64,000 bases of DNA from an uncultured Candidatus Sumerlaeota bacterium (GTDB taxonomy: Bacteria; CAYMEV01). The DNA is taken from assembly GCA_964389675.1 (NCBI GenBank), contig CAYMEV010000002.1, positions 186,001 through 250,000 on the forward strand, given 5' to 3'. Position numbers and translations under genes: made by a program. Under the pieces are notes generated by a model that saw nothing but the letters and a program-made list of their open reading frames with translations, searched no databases and had not been told where the DNA came from. Positions 10,426 to 21,090 of the stretch are shown one piece after another. Every line of letters starts with the position of its first letter. Within the stretch, counting starts at the first letter, position 1.

Positions 10426-12252
10426 ATGTACGAGACAAAAGACCACCTTAATATGTTTTTTGCAAGACTGAATGTCATAACCATCTTTATAATTATCCTC
10501 AGCCTTGTCCTGATGTTCAGGGTCTGGGACCTTCAGATACTGAGGGGTAATGAATTTCAGACCCTTTCTGAAAAGAATCGGCTCAGGGATGTCAGGATTA
10601 TAGCCCCCAGGGGGAATATATATGACTGTAACGGGACCCTGCTTGCATATGACAGCCCCTCTTTCAATCTGTATGTGCTTAAGGAAGATGTGGAAGATAT
10701 GGACATTGAGCTGGGTCTTATATGTGATCTTATGGGATATAGCTGGGACAGGGTCTCGGATATGAAGAAAAGGCTTGATGGCATAAGTTCCTATATTGAG
10801 TACCCTCTTATAAAGAACCTGTCCTTCGAGGAGGTATCAAAGATTGAAAGCAGGTACAGCAATCTGCCTGGATTTATGATCAAGGTTGCCCCTCTGAGAA
10901 AATATGATTTTGCAGAGCCATTTGTACATGTCCTTGGATATATGAGGGAGATAGACAGAATCTCCCTCGAGCGCCTGAGTCAGCATGGATACCGGACCGG
11001 CGACTATATCGGGGTCACCGGCGTTGAAAGCAGTCTAAATGCAATACTGAAAGGCTCCGATGGGAACAGGATCATTGAAGTGGATGCTCTCGGGAGGGAG
11101 ATATTTGAAATCAGCAGTATATCTCCAAAGAGGGGAAATAATGTCTTTTTGACCATTGATAAGGATTTTCAGATTTTCTGCTATGATCTTCTTGAAAAGT
11201 ACAGGTCTGGCGCCATTATTGTCATGGATGTCAGAAACGGTGACCTTCTTGTATTAATCAGCAAGCCCGGCTTCAACCCAAATACATTTTTTCCTGAAGT
11301 AAGCCTTGTTGAATGGCAGAAGCTGATCCGTGACCCTTTGAAGCCTCTGCAGGACAGGTCGATCTCCGGCCTGTACTCTCCGGGTTCTGTTTTCAAGACT
11401 GTATTAGCCTTTGCCGGATTAAGCGAAGGAATTATAACAGAGAAATCGACATTTTATTGCGGAGGGGCCATAAGGCTTAAGAACAGGATTTATAACTGCT
11501 GGAAGAGCGGTGGGCATGGCAGTATGAATGTTGTCAACGCACTTGCTGAATCCTGTAATGTCTTTTTCTATCAGCTGGGAGACAGGCTGGGAATAGAAAA
11601 GATACATGATTACGGCATTATGCTGGGATTGGGCGAGAAAACAGGGATAATCCTGCCAAATGAGAATACAGGCCTTGTGCCTAACTCTGAATGGAAGCTC
11701 AGAACCAGAAATGAACCATGGTACCCGGGAGAAACAATATCTGTTTCAATAGGGCAGGGCAGCCTTCTAGTAACACCGATACAGCTCGCAGTAATGATGG
11801 GCTTTGTCGCTACAGAAGGCATGAGGATAAAACCGCGCTTAATTGGCAGAATTGAAGATTACAGAGGCCTGGAGCTTGAAAATGACATAGACCCTGTTTC
11901 CATAACAGATAATAGAAGCAGTATTGACAGCATTCATATCAAAACAGTCAAGAAAGGGCTGGAAAAGGTTTTCAGCCATCAAAGGGGTACAGCCAGGGGT
12001 GCATTTATACCTGGACTGCAGATATCAGGTAAGACAGGGACTTCTCAGATCGCTTCATTATCAAAAATACCCAAGGATAATATACCATATCAGTTAAGGA
12101 ATCATAACTTTCTTGTTTCTTTTGCAAAAAGGGATAAACCAACTATAGCCGTGGTTGTTTTTATAGCTCATGGCGGAGAGGATGGCGGCAGGGACCGTGT
12201 AAGCATTACAAAGGCCATCTATGAGTATTATTATGAAAAATACGGGGATTAG
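10426..12252 (+). CDS. mrdA: Penicillin-binding protein 2
   Basis: APRGNIYD, PGSVFK (SxxK), SCN and KTG motifs. Confidence 0.95.
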   Translation: MYETKDHLNMFFARLNVITIFIIILSLVLMFRVWDLQILRGNEFQTLSEKNRLRDVRIIAPRGNIYDCNGTLLAYDSPSFNLYVLKEDVEDMDIELGLICDLMGYSWDRVSDMKKRLDGISSYIEYPLIKNLSFEEVSKIESRYSNLPGFMIKVAPLRKYDFAEPFVHVLGYMREIDRISLERLSQHGYRTGDYIGVTGVESSLNAILKGSDGNRIIEVDALGREIFEISSISPKRGNNVFLTIDKDFQIFCYDLLEKYRSGAIIVMDVRNGDLLVLISKPGFNPNTFFPEVSLVEWQKLIRDPLKPLQDRSISGLYSPGSVFKTVLAFAGLSEGIITEKSTFYCGGAIRLKNRIYNCWKSGGHGSMNVVNALAESCNVFFYQLGDRLGIEKIHDYGIMLGLGEKTGIILPNENTGLVPNSEWKLRTRNEPWYPGETISVSIGQGSLLVTPIQLAVMMGFVATEGMRIKPRLIGRIEDYRGLELENDIDPVSITDNRSSIDSIHIKTVKKGLEKVFSHQRGTARGAFIPGLQISGKTGTSQIASLSKIPKDNIPYQLRNHNFLVSFAKRDKPTIAVVVFIAHGGEDGGRDRVSITKAIYEYYYEKYGD

Positions 12253-13361
12253 TGCGAATTATGAATATCCTGGAATATCTGAAAAGATTTGATTACATGC
12301 TGTTCTTCCTGATGCTTTTTATCATAATTATTGGCCTTCTGACCATATACAGCACTCAATCACACTTTGAAGATATAAAATTTTCAAACCGCTACTGGGT
12401 CAGGCAGATGATGTGGTTTCTAATTGGGGTTTTAACCCTGTTTTTAATGATAATACCTAAATATGATATATACAAACACATGTCATATTTTCTATATTTT
12501 ATCCTTGTCATTATGCTCATTCTTGTTCTTCTTGCAGGTAAGGAGATCTATGGAGCAAAAAGATGGCTTAATCTTGGTTATTTTTATATCCAGCCATCGG
12601 AATTTTCCAAACTTGTCCTGACCTTAACACTGTCTGCATATTACTCCAAAAAAAAGGAGCTTACCATAGGGATAAAAAGCCTCATACTCCCGGGAATACT
12701 GTTTTTGATCCTAATGGCTTTGATACTCAAGGAGCCGGATCTTGGGACATCAATTATGCTGGTGCCTGTATTCCTTTCAATAGTATATGTTGCAGGGTTA
12801 AGAAAAAAGATAATAATCATAGCAGTCATAATATCCCTGCTTGGTATCCCGCTTGTCTATACCATGCTTAAGCCTTATCAGAAGGAAAGGGTAATATCAT
12901 TCATGAGTCCCAGTGAAACTACCCTAAGTTCAGGTTACCAGCAGAGGCAGTCTATTATAGCTGTAGGTAGCGGGGGGTTTTTTGGCAAGGGATTTCTTAA
13001 AGGGACCCAGAGCAAGCTTAAATTTTTGCCCAAGCACCATACAGACCTTATATTTTCAGCTTTTGCTGAGGAATGGGGTTTTTTTGGCGTTTTCATCCTG
13101 CTTTCTCTTTATGCTCTTTTGCTGCTGCGTATCATAGAGACGGCAAAAATGGCAAGAGACAGCTTCGGGAGGTATTTCTGCACAGGAGCTGCCTCATTAT
13201 TGTTTGCTCATGTATTTGTAAATATTGGGATGGTAATAGGGCTTTTGCCGATTACAGGGCTTCCTCTGCCTCTAATGAGTTATGGCGGTTCATTCCTTCT
13301 GCTTAATATGATGTTTATCGCAGTTATTATTAATATAAGGATGAGAAGGTTCGGGGATTGA
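12252..13361 (+). CDS. rodA: SEDS peptidoglycan polymerase RodA
   Basis: GAKRW, QPSE, EPDLGT, HTD and SYGGS motifs. Confidence 0.95.
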   Translation: MRIMNILEYLKRFDYMLFFLMLFIIIIGLLTIYSTQSHFEDIKFSNRYWVRQMMWFLIGVLTLFLMIIPKYDIYKHMSYFLYFILVIMLILVLLAGKEIYGAKRWLNLGYFYIQPSEFSKLVLTLTLSAYYSKKKELTIGIKSLILPGILFLILMALILKEPDLGTSIMLVPVFLSIVYVAGLRKKIIIIAVIISLLGIPLVYTMLKPYQKERVISFMSPSETTLSSGYQQRQSIIAVGSGGFFGKGFLKGTQSKLKFLPKHHTDLIFSAFAEEWGFFGVFILLSLYALLLLRIIETAKMARDSFGRYFCTGAASLLFAHVFVNIGMVIGLLPITGLPLPLMSYGGSFLLLNMMFIAVIINIRMRRFGD

Positions 13362-13362
13362 T

Positions 13363-15825
13363 ATGCCTATTGACAGGACAGCACTTTCATATTTATTGAA
13401 CAGGGTTGAAAAACCGGGGAGGTATATAGGAAAAGAGATCGGTACATTTTTGCCTGAAAAGGACTGCAGACTGAGAATGGTACTTGCATTTCCTGATATA
13501 TACGAGATTGGAATGAGTAACCTCGGCATAAGAATACTGTACAACAGGATAAACAAAACCCCCGGTTTCTCCTGTGAACGCGTTTTTTCCCCCTGGATTG
13601 ACCTTGAGAAGCTTCTCAGGAAGGAGAACATACCGCTGTTTTCACTGGAAACCCATTCATTCCTGAATGAATTTGATGCTGTAGGCATATCTATGCAGAC
13701 AGAGCTGTCGATAATGAATGCATTAAATATTATTGACCTGGGCAATATTCCTGTCCTGTGTTCAGAAAGAAGAAAAGGGGATTATCCTTTTGTTTTCTGT
13801 GGAGGCCAGGGGATAATCAATCCGGAACCCTATGCAGATTTTTTTGATTTCTTTTTTCTCGGCGAGGCCGACAATAAGGTTATGGACCTGCTTGATATTT
13901 TAGCGCTTAAGATTGGAAAACCCGCTGTATTAAAAAGGCTTGCAAAGATAAAAGGCGTATATATTCCATCTCTATATAAGCCTGTATATATTAATGGTGT
14001 ATATTCTGAAACAAAGCCGGCTGAGAATAACCTGCCAGGCCCTGTGAGTTTCTATGAATCTGATGTACCGGATAGCATTGAGCTCAACAGACTTCTGCCC
14101 AACATAAAACCCGTACATTATAGAGCTGTCATTGAAGCAGCCAGAGGGTGCGCAAACGGATGCAGGTTCTGCCAGTCCGGTTATATTTCCAGGCCTTTCA
14201 GGCCGAAATCATCATCCAGGCTGATTGAAGAACTGAAAAAGCTTCTTGAATATGAATTTTATGAATCCATTACCCTTTTAAGCCTGAATATTGAGGATTA
14301 TCCAGCAATTGAACAGCTGCTTCCAGTCATAATTGAGTTGACAAGAAAGAGGAATATAAATATATCTCTTCCTTCCTTAAGGGCAAGCATGCTTGATGAT
14401 AAGCTTGCCGAGTATATGTCTGCCGTGAGGAAATCCGGTTTTACAATTGCCCCTGAGGCAGGAAGCCAGAAGCTCAGGGATATTATCAATAAGAATATCT
14501 CTGAAGATGATATTATTAATGCTTCAATGTACGCATATTCAAATGAATGGGATCTAATTAAATGCTATTTTATGATAGGATTGCCTGGAGAAGAAGATTC
14601 AGATATTGATGATATCATAAAGCTTTCAAACAGGATAAGCAGAACAGGAAGCAGGGTCAGAAACAGGTCAGGGAGGCTCAATATAGGGTTATCTCCCTTT
14701 GTCCCAAAGGCATTTACACCCTTCCAATGGGCTCCTTTTGTAAATGAGCAGGAACTTGCTGAAAAAATAAGCCATATTAAGCATAATATAGGAAATAAAA
14801 AGATTAAAATAAAGGAGAACAGCCCCTATATGGCATTTGCTGAAGCCCTGCTTTCAACAGGCGACCGCAGGCTCGGGGAGGTCATATATGATATATTCAA
14901 TAAGGGTGAAAGATTCTGCAACTGGAGCGATTTTTTCAGTTTTGACCGATGGAAAGGCTCCATTAAGGAAAAAGGATACCCCTTCAAAGAGATATACAGG
15001 GAAAAGGATATCTCATCCCCCCTGCCATATGATCACATAGATGCAGGAATAACAAAGAATTTTCTCTGCAGGGAATGGCTGAAGGCAAAGAAAGCCATGC
15101 TAACCAGTAAATGCTCAGCTGATCTTTGCAATGACTGCGGTATTGGTGACAGCAGTAAATGCTATAATTATAAAGAGGAGGAAATTCGAAGTGATCTGCC
15201 TGCAGCTGAGATCAGGGAGGAAAAATCCCTGAAACCATGCAAACTGAGGCTTATTTACCGAAAGGAGGGTCTTGCAAGATTTATCGGTAATATTGATACT
15301 GTTGAAGCCATCAGGAGGATGCTTAAAATCAGGCGTTTTCCCGTCCAGTACAGCAGGGGGTTCAATCCAAGCCCCGTATACAGCGTTCTTCCACCCCTGC
15401 CGGTCGGCATGGAGGGAATTAATGAAATTTTCGATATCAACCTTACTCATAGCATTGATCATGATATACAGGAGCTTAACAGCTGGCTGCCAGAAGGAAT
15501 CAGGATTAAATCCTCCTATATTACAGATAAATACGACATGCTGTTAAAGGATATCAATCAGTATATTATCGGAATAGAAACTGCAGCTTTTTCATATGAG
15601 GATTTTACAGGGATAATGAAAAGCTATCCTGACATTTCTGATACGGTATTTGAAGAAATAAGAGGCTATGACTGGGGTTTCAGCTTCAGGGCTTTTTTCA
15701 AAAAGGACAGGCCATTTTCATTAAGAAGGTTTTATGATTATATAACTGGATATATAAATGATGAGTCCAGGGTTGTCAGGATCTGTTCAATCAATAAAAA
15801 GGAGGGTACCTTTATTGGGCAATAA
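13363..15825 (+). CDS. B12-binding radical SAM protein (TIGR03960-type) with C-terminal radical SAM-linked domain
   Basis: FPDIYEIGMSNLG, RGCANGCRFC and TIAPEAGS motifs; C-terminal YSRGFNPSP; usual position after rodA. Confidence 0.85.
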   Translation: MPIDRTALSYLLNRVEKPGRYIGKEIGTFLPEKDCRLRMVLAFPDIYEIGMSNLGIRILYNRINKTPGFSCERVFSPWIDLEKLLRKENIPLFSLETHSFLNEFDAVGISMQTELSIMNALNIIDLGNIPVLCSERRKGDYPFVFCGGQGIINPEPYADFFDFFFLGEADNKVMDLLDILALKIGKPAVLKRLAKIKGVYIPSLYKPVYINGVYSETKPAENNLPGPVSFYESDVPDSIELNRLLPNIKPVHYRAVIEAARGCANGCRFCQSGYISRPFRPKSSSRLIEELKKLLEYEFYESITLLSLNIEDYPAIEQLLPVIIELTRKRNINISLPSLRASMLDDKLAEYMSAVRKSGFTIAPEAGSQKLRDIINKNISEDDIINASMYAYSNEWDLIKCYFMIGLPGEEDSDIDDIIKLSNRISRTGSRVRNRSGRLNIGLSPFVPKAFTPFQWAPFVNEQELAEKISHIKHNIGNKKIKIKENSPYMAFAEALLSTGDRRLGEVIYDIFNKGERFCNWSDFFSFDRWKGSIKEKGYPFKEIYREKDISSPLPYDHIDAGITKNFLCREWLKAKKAMLTSKCSADLCNDCGIGDSSKCYNYKEEEIRSDLPAAEIREEKSLKPCKLRLIYRKEGLARFIGNIDTVEAIRRMLKIRRFPVQYSRGFNPSPVYSVLPPLPVGMEGINEIFDINLTHSIDHDIQELNSWLPEGIRIKSSYITDKYDMLLKDINQYIIGIETAAFSYEDFTGIMKSYPDISDTVFEEIRGYDWGFSFRAFFKKDRPFSLRRFYDYITGYINDESRVVRICSINKKEGTFIGQ

Positions 15826-17596
15826 AAAGAATGTTTATATAATACTTGGAATAATACTTCTGGTATTTGCTTATTTTCTTATTTTTGATGCACCTGCCAG
15901 GAGTGTCGAGCTCAGCTATTCAGAATTTCTTGATAATGTTAATCGTGATATGGTAAAAAGCATAACAGTAGAGGGTAATGATATAAAAGGGCAGCTTAAA
16001 AGCGGGAAAGGATTCATAACAATCATCCCATTCAGGAGCTATGACCTCTACAAGGATATCGGCAGTAAGGGCATTGAAATCAAATTTAAGAAAGAAAAGC
16101 AGAGTTTCTTCGGTCTGGGCATACTTTTCCTTCTTCCCATTGCACTTGTATTCTTTTTCTGGATGATGTTTATGAGGCAGATGCAGGCAGGGAGCAACAG
16201 AGCCCTGTCTTTTGGCAAAAGCAGGGCTAAGCTGTATGCCCGAAAGGATAATATTACCTTTGAGGATGTTGCAGGGGTTGATGAGGCAAAGGAGGAGCTT
16301 GTCGAGATCATTGAATTCCTTAAAAATCCCAAAAAATTCCAGGTCCTCGGCGGGAGAATACCAAAGGGGGTTCTTCTTGTAGGCCCGCCTGGAACAGGAA
16401 AGACACTTCTTGCCAAGGCAGTTGCGGGAGAGGCTGGTGTGCCTTTTTTCAGCCTGAGCGGATCAGAATTTGTCGAGCTTTATGTAGGGGTCGGTGCCTC
16501 AAGGGTAAGAGATCTCTTTGAAAAGGGGATAAAAAATGCTCCCTGCATAATATTTATCGATGAGCTGGATGCTGTAGGAAGGTATAGAGGGGCAGGAATA
16601 GGGGGAGGACATGATGAAAGGGAACAGACGCTCAATCAGCTTCTTGTTCAAATGGACGGGTTTGATACAAACCTGGGGGTAATCCTTATTTCAGCGACAA
16701 ACCGCCCGGATGTACTGGATTCTGCATTGCTGAGACCCGGAAGATTTGACAGGCAGGTCTATGTTTCAATACCTGATATCAGAGGCAGGGAGGAGATTTT
16801 TAAGGTCCATGTCAGGAAAGTACCCCTCGATGACGATGTTGACCTTAAACTTCTTGCAAGAGGGACCCCGGGCTTTTCAGGAGCGGATATAGCAAACCTT
16901 GTAAATGAAGCAGCACTGATAGCAGCAAGAAAGAACAGGCAAAAGGTGACTGCGGAGGATTTTGAGTATGCAAAGGACAAGGTAATGATAGGCATAGAAA
17001 AAAAGAGCCTTGTCCTGAGCCAGAAGGAAAAGGAATTGATCGCAGTCCATGAGGCAGGGCATGCAATAGTTGCATTTTACAGCCCGGAAGCAGACCCTGT
17101 ACATAAAATTACGATAATCCCAAGGGGGTATGCTCTCGGTGTCACACTTCAGCTTCCTATTGATGACAGGCATAACTATACAAAGGCATACCTCGAGACT
17201 ACCATATCAATACTTCTGGGAGGCAGGACTGCGGAGGAGATCATCCTGAAAACGAAAACCTCAGGTTCCAGTAATGATTTCATAAAAGCGACCAAGATAG
17301 CAAGAAAGATGGTAATAGAGTTTGGTATGAGCGATGCAATAGGACCGGTATCCTATGAGAGCAATTCTGACAATGTTTTTCTCGGCAAGGATATCATTCA
17401 GAAGAGAAACCATAGCGAAAGCCTTGCTGAGAAGATCGATATTGAAGTTGCGAAGATTATTATGAAAGCCTATGATAATGCAAAAGATATAATTACAGAG
17501 AATATACAGAAATTTGATATGCTTTACGGTGAACTGCTGGAAAAGGAGACCCTTGACAGCAATGATATAAAGAAAATCCTGGAGAACAGCAGATGA
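15815..17596 (+). CDS. ftsH: ATP-dependent zinc metalloprotease FtsH
   Basis: [22 protein letters not shown] and HEAGH motifs; probable TTG start after AAGGAGG. Confidence 0.97.
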   Translation: MGNKKNVYIILGIILLVFAYFLIFDAPARSVELSYSEFLDNVNRDMVKSITVEGNDIKGQLKSGKGFITIIPFRSYDLYKDIGSKGIEIKFKKEKQSFFGLGILFLLPIALVFFFWMMFMRQMQAGSNRALSFGKSRAKLYARKDNITFEDVAGVDEAKEELVEIIEFLKNPKKFQVLGGRIPKGVLLVGPPGTGKTLLAKAVAGEAGVPFFSLSGSEFVELYVGVGASRVRDLFEKGIKNAPCIIFIDELDAVGRYRGAGIGGGHDEREQTLNQLLVQMDGFDTNLGVILISATNRPDVLDSALLRPGRFDRQVYVSIPDIRGREEIFKVHVRKVPLDDDVDLKLLARGTPGFSGADIANLVNEAALIAARKNRQKVTAEDFEYAKDKVMIGIEKKSLVLSQKEKELIAVHEAGHAIVAFYSPEADPVHKITIIPRGYALGVTLQLPIDDRHNYTKAYLETTISILLGGRTAEEIILKTKTSGSSNDFIKATKIARKMVIEFGMSDAIGPVSYESNSDNVFLGKDIIQKRNHSESLAEKIDIEVAKIIMKAYDNAKDIITENIQKFDMLYGELLEKETLDSNDIKKILENSR

Positions 17597-18369
17597 TTAC
17601 CTGGAAACCCGGCACAGCAAAAAGGCTGATAAATTCTGTGTTTTGCTATATTGAGTTTGTATCATTAAAGCAGATCCTGGCAGAAGAGCTCATAAATAAG
17701 CTTAAAAAAGGCATCAGCGCAGAGATGCTGATGGCTGAAAAGAAAAGCAAAGAGAATACTCTCATATTGCTTCTTTTAGACCTTCTTGTGTGCATGAAAA
17801 TAGCAAAAAAGAGAGATAATGTATACAGTCTGGCATTTAAGGACTGCCAGGATCTGGTCCTTATGATGAAATATTTAACTGAAAGAACTGAAGCAGAGGC
17901 CGGCTATCAGTATGCATATGGCCTGGCAGACCTTATTGTCGCATATAATTGTCATTATATTTCAAAATACCTTCACCTGTTTTCCGGAATAAGTGAAAAA
18001 AGATTCATCGGCAACATCATGCCGTTGCTTGGTACTGAAAGCAGATTTGATGATTTTTCCATTTTCCTTAAGGGCTGGGAGATGTCTGCAGATGAGATGA
18101 AAAATATTATCAGCAGGTCAGTTCAGGATGAAAGCCCTCTGCTGATAGGGGGATTTTCTCTTACAAAGAGGAGGACAGGCCCCAGGCATGGTATCCTCAT
18201 GGCAATTGCATCCGTAATCGGGGATTATAAACTGGATTTCAGGATGCTCAGAGCAATCCATAATATGGCAAAGAGGGAAGGTATCAGGTCAGAATGGGTT
18301 AAATTGGGTTATGGCTATAATATCCTCATAATAAACCCACGTGAAAGGCAGGGGAGAGCAACACACTAA
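17593..18369 (+). CDS. Hypothetical protein, possibly a degenerate O-methyltransferase-like fold
   Basis: ATGA overlap with ftsH; winged-helix-like N-terminus (LLDLLVCMKIAKKRDNVYSL); no clear SAM motif. Confidence 0.45.
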   Translation: MITWKPGTAKRLINSVFCYIEFVSLKQILAEELINKLKKGISAEMLMAEKKSKENTLILLLLDLLVCMKIAKKRDNVYSLAFKDCQDLVLMMKYLTERTEAEAGYQYAYGLADLIVAYNCHYISKYLHLFSGISEKRFIGNIMPLLGTESRFDDFSIFLKGWEMSADEMKNIISRSVQDESPLLIGGFSLTKRRTGPRHGILMAIASVIGDYKLDFRMLRAIHNMAKREGIRSEWVKLGYGYNILIINPRERQGRATH

Positions 18370-18388
18370 ATGTCTCGATCTCCCTTGC
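18348..18388. terminator. Hairpin between convergent genes
   Basis: GCAGGGGAGA...TCTCCCTTGC arms. Confidence 0.35.
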
Positions 18389-18404
18389 GAAAAGCAAAAT
18401 AGCA

Positions 18405-18593
18405 CTATACTCTCTGGAATTTTCCATTTTTAATACATTTTGTGCATAAATTGACTCTTATAATTTTATCATCAGACTTTATCCTGATCCTCTGCAGATT
18501 AGGCATATATCTTCTTTTTACCTTATTGGCTGCGTGGCTGACATTATTGCCGACAAGAGGCCCTTTACCACAAAAATCGCATATCTTTGACAT
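18405..18593 (-). CDS. rpmB: 50S ribosomal protein L28 (Zn-ribbon form)
   Basis: CDFCGK...GNNVSHA...PNLQ...CTKC; SD AGGAGG. Confidence 0.96.
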   Translation of the reverse strand: MSKICDFCGKGPLVGNNVSHAANKVKRRYMPNLQRIRIKSDDKIIRVNLCTKCIKNGKFQRV

Positions 18594-18721
18594 CGAGACA
18601 ACCTCCTTAAAATTTGTTATTCATTATCACTGATTTAAATTTATGTAAACAAAATTTTTTAAAATGTCGCCAAAATATTTAAAAAAGTGCTATAAAATCA
18701 TTAAAATTAATTACTTTTCTA

Positions 18722-18751
18722 TTGACAGCAGATATATTTATGTGATACCAT
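18722..18751 (+). promoter_or_regulatory. Sigma70-type promoter for pilMNOPQ
   Basis: TTGACA-18 bp-TACCAT with extended -10 TG. Confidence 0.5.
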
Positions 18752-18794
18752 TTGAACCTAAAGATAAAAATATTCGTAGCATAGGGGGTAACAT

Positions 18795-19856
18795 ATGGGA
18801 TTGTTTTCATTTAATAAGCCTATACTGGGCATTGACATCGGCGCTTATTCAGTAAAGATAGCCCAGCTCAAAGAAATTGGCAAATCCTATCAGCTGGTTG
18901 CTTTTGGAGAAGCCCCTATTCATCCGGAAGCAATTGTTGATGGTGCCATCATGGACTCTGGTGCTATTGTCAGTGCTATTCAGGGATTAATTGCGGAACT
19001 GGGCCTGAAAAGCTCCAATGTTGCCACAGCAGTGTATGGTTCAAGTGTCATAGTAAAAAAGATCCCTGTTCCTGAAATGGATGATTCAGAGCTTGCTGAA
19101 TCAATTCAATGGGAAGCTGAACAGTATATTCCATTTGATATCGATGAAGTGAACATATCGTTTCAGATACTCAGCAAGCCTGAAGTGTCAGGGAAATCTG
19201 AGATGGATGTCATCCTGGTCGCCGCAAAGAAAGAAAAGCTGAATGAAATCCAGAATATTATCACCCAGGCCGGGCTTAACACCTCCATAATTGAGGTCGA
19301 CGCCTTCTCCCTCCAGAATTGCTTCGAGGTTAATTACGAGACTTTTGAAGGCACTCTGGCGCTTATAAATATAGGTGCCCAGACAATGAGCATCAATATA
19401 CTTGAAAATGGCGTATCCAATCTTACCCGGTATATACAGATAGGCGGAAATAATTACACGGATGCAATCCAGAGAGACTTCAACCTGAAGTATGAGGAGG
19501 CTGAGCTTGTCAAAAAAGGGGAGAAGATTACCAACAAGGAAATAGACCAGAAAGCGCTCGGGGGTATCTACAGGCAGATATCAGGCGATATAATATCCGA
19601 GATTCAGAGATCTTTTGATTTCTACAGATCCTCTTCTACAAAGGAAAACATTGACAAAATTTTCCTATCAGGGGGCTGTATAAAGATCAAGGGGCTGGTC
19701 CAGTACATGGCTCAAAAACTGGGGATACCGGTAGAGATACTCAATCCCTTCAGAAATATTGAGGTTTCAGATAAACTGTCATTGGATGAAATACAGGAGA
19801 AGGCATCCCAATCCACTATTGCAATTGGCCTTGCTTTAAGAAAGGTAGGTGATTAA
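18795..19856 (+). CDS. pilM: Type IV pilus assembly protein PilM
   Basis: GIDIG, EAEQYIPF, LINIGA and LSGG motifs; C-terminal AIGLALR. Confidence 0.95.
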   Translation: MGLFSFNKPILGIDIGAYSVKIAQLKEIGKSYQLVAFGEAPIHPEAIVDGAIMDSGAIVSAIQGLIAELGLKSSNVATAVYGSSVIVKKIPVPEMDDSELAESIQWEAEQYIPFDIDEVNISFQILSKPEVSGKSEMDVILVAAKKEKLNEIQNIITQAGLNTSIIEVDAFSLQNCFEVNYETFEGTLALINIGAQTMSINILENGVSNLTRYIQIGGNNYTDAIQRDFNLKYEEAELVKKGEKITNKEIDQKALGGIYRQISGDIISEIQRSFDFYRSSSTKENIDKIFLSGGCIKIKGLVQYMAQKLGIPVEILNPFRNIEVSDKLSLDEIQEKASQSTIAIGLALRKVGD

Positions 19857-20405
19857 ATGATTAAGATTAATCTTATTCAGAAAGGATCCGGCCAGAAAAG
19901 GGCAATGATGAATGTAGCAGTTGAGCTTGCTATATTCGGTATTATCCTGCTTGCTGCAGCCATCGGGCTTTTCGCTTATACCAGTATCCTGAACGGAAAG
20001 ATAAATGACCTGAATACCCGCATTCAGAGAGAAAAAGAAGAGCAGGAGAGGCTTAAGGCTGTAATTGAAAAGGTAAATGAGCTTAAAAGGAAAGCTGAGG
20101 TATTTGAAAAAAAGGTATCAATAATTACCGAACTTAAGGAGAAACAGACAGGCCCTGCCAATCTCATGATAGCTATTGCACAGGCCCGTCCTGATAATCT
20201 CCAGCTTAACAGCGTAAAGGAGCAGGGCGGAACCATCAAGCTTGTCGGGCTTGCTACAAACAGCTTTGCTGCTGCAAATTTTGTGCGTGACCTGAAAGGC
20301 ACTGACATGTTTCAGGATGTTGATATCCTTAAGCAGACTATTGTTTCCAGAAAGGACGTAAGCTTTGATGTTTATGAGTTTGAGATAGTATGCAGATTGA
20401 AATAA
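19857..20405 (+). CDS. pilN: Type IV pilus assembly protein PilN
   Basis: MIKINL motif, TM, coiled coil. Confidence 0.9.
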   Translation: MIKINLIQKGSGQKRAMMNVAVELAIFGIILLAAAIGLFAYTSILNGKINDLNTRIQREKEEQERLKAVIEKVNELKRKAEVFEKKVSIITELKEKQTGPANLMIAIAQARPDNLQLNSVKEQGGTIKLVGLATNSFAAANFVRDLKGTDMFQDVDILKQTIVSRKDVSFDVYEFEIVCRLK

Positions 20406-20444
20406 GCAAGAGTAATTATAATAATAAAGTTTTGGAGGCCAAAA

Positions 20445-21035
20445 ATGCTTGAAAAATACCAACAGTTCCCATTTTGGCAGAAATTAATTGCAATAATTGT
20501 TATTTTAGCAATAATCGGTTTTCTTTATCATAATTATGTTTACAAGGAAAAGGTCAGCAAAATAGCCTCAATGGAAAAAGAGCTCAACAGCCTCATAGTT
20601 GAAAATACAGAAGCAAGGAAAATGGAGAACGAACTCCCTAACCTTGAAAGAAAGATACAGCAGCTTGAATTCAACCTGGAGCATCTGAAAGAGATATTGC
20701 CTACAGACAGTGAGATTGAGAGGTTCCTTGCCGGCTTATACCAGACTGCACTTAAAAACAACCTCAGGGTGCCTGTATACCAGAAACAGCCGGACGCAGA
20801 CTATGAGGAATTCCTGATAAAAGTACCCATGAAGTATGAAGCAAACGGCAAATACAATGATCTCAGAAGGTTTTATGAAGCACTTGCCCAGAGCACAAGG
20901 ATAGTGAATATCCTCAACCTCGACCTAAAACTGGAAAAAAAGGGCGGGATTGTGGCAAAATTCGAGCTGACCACATTCAGATTCAAGCCTGAGCTTGATG
21001 ATGAAGCACAGCCTGAAGATACAGCCGGCAATTAG
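20445..21035 (+). CDS. pilO: Type IV pilus assembly protein PilO
   Basis: TM, coiled coil, LPTDSEI, GKYNDL..F and RIVN motifs. Confidence 0.9.
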   Translation: MLEKYQQFPFWQKLIAIIVILAIIGFLYHNYVYKEKVSKIASMEKELNSLIVENTEARKMENELPNLERKIQQLEFNLEHLKEILPTDSEIERFLAGLYQTALKNNLRVPVYQKQPDADYEEFLIKVPMKYEANGKYNDLRRFYEALAQSTRIVNILNLDLKLEKKGGIVAKFELTTFRFKPELDDEAQPEDTAGN

Positions 21036-21090
21036 GCATGAGAAATTTAATTAAAGTTATAGATGTTAAATATTAAATAGGAGGTTTTTT

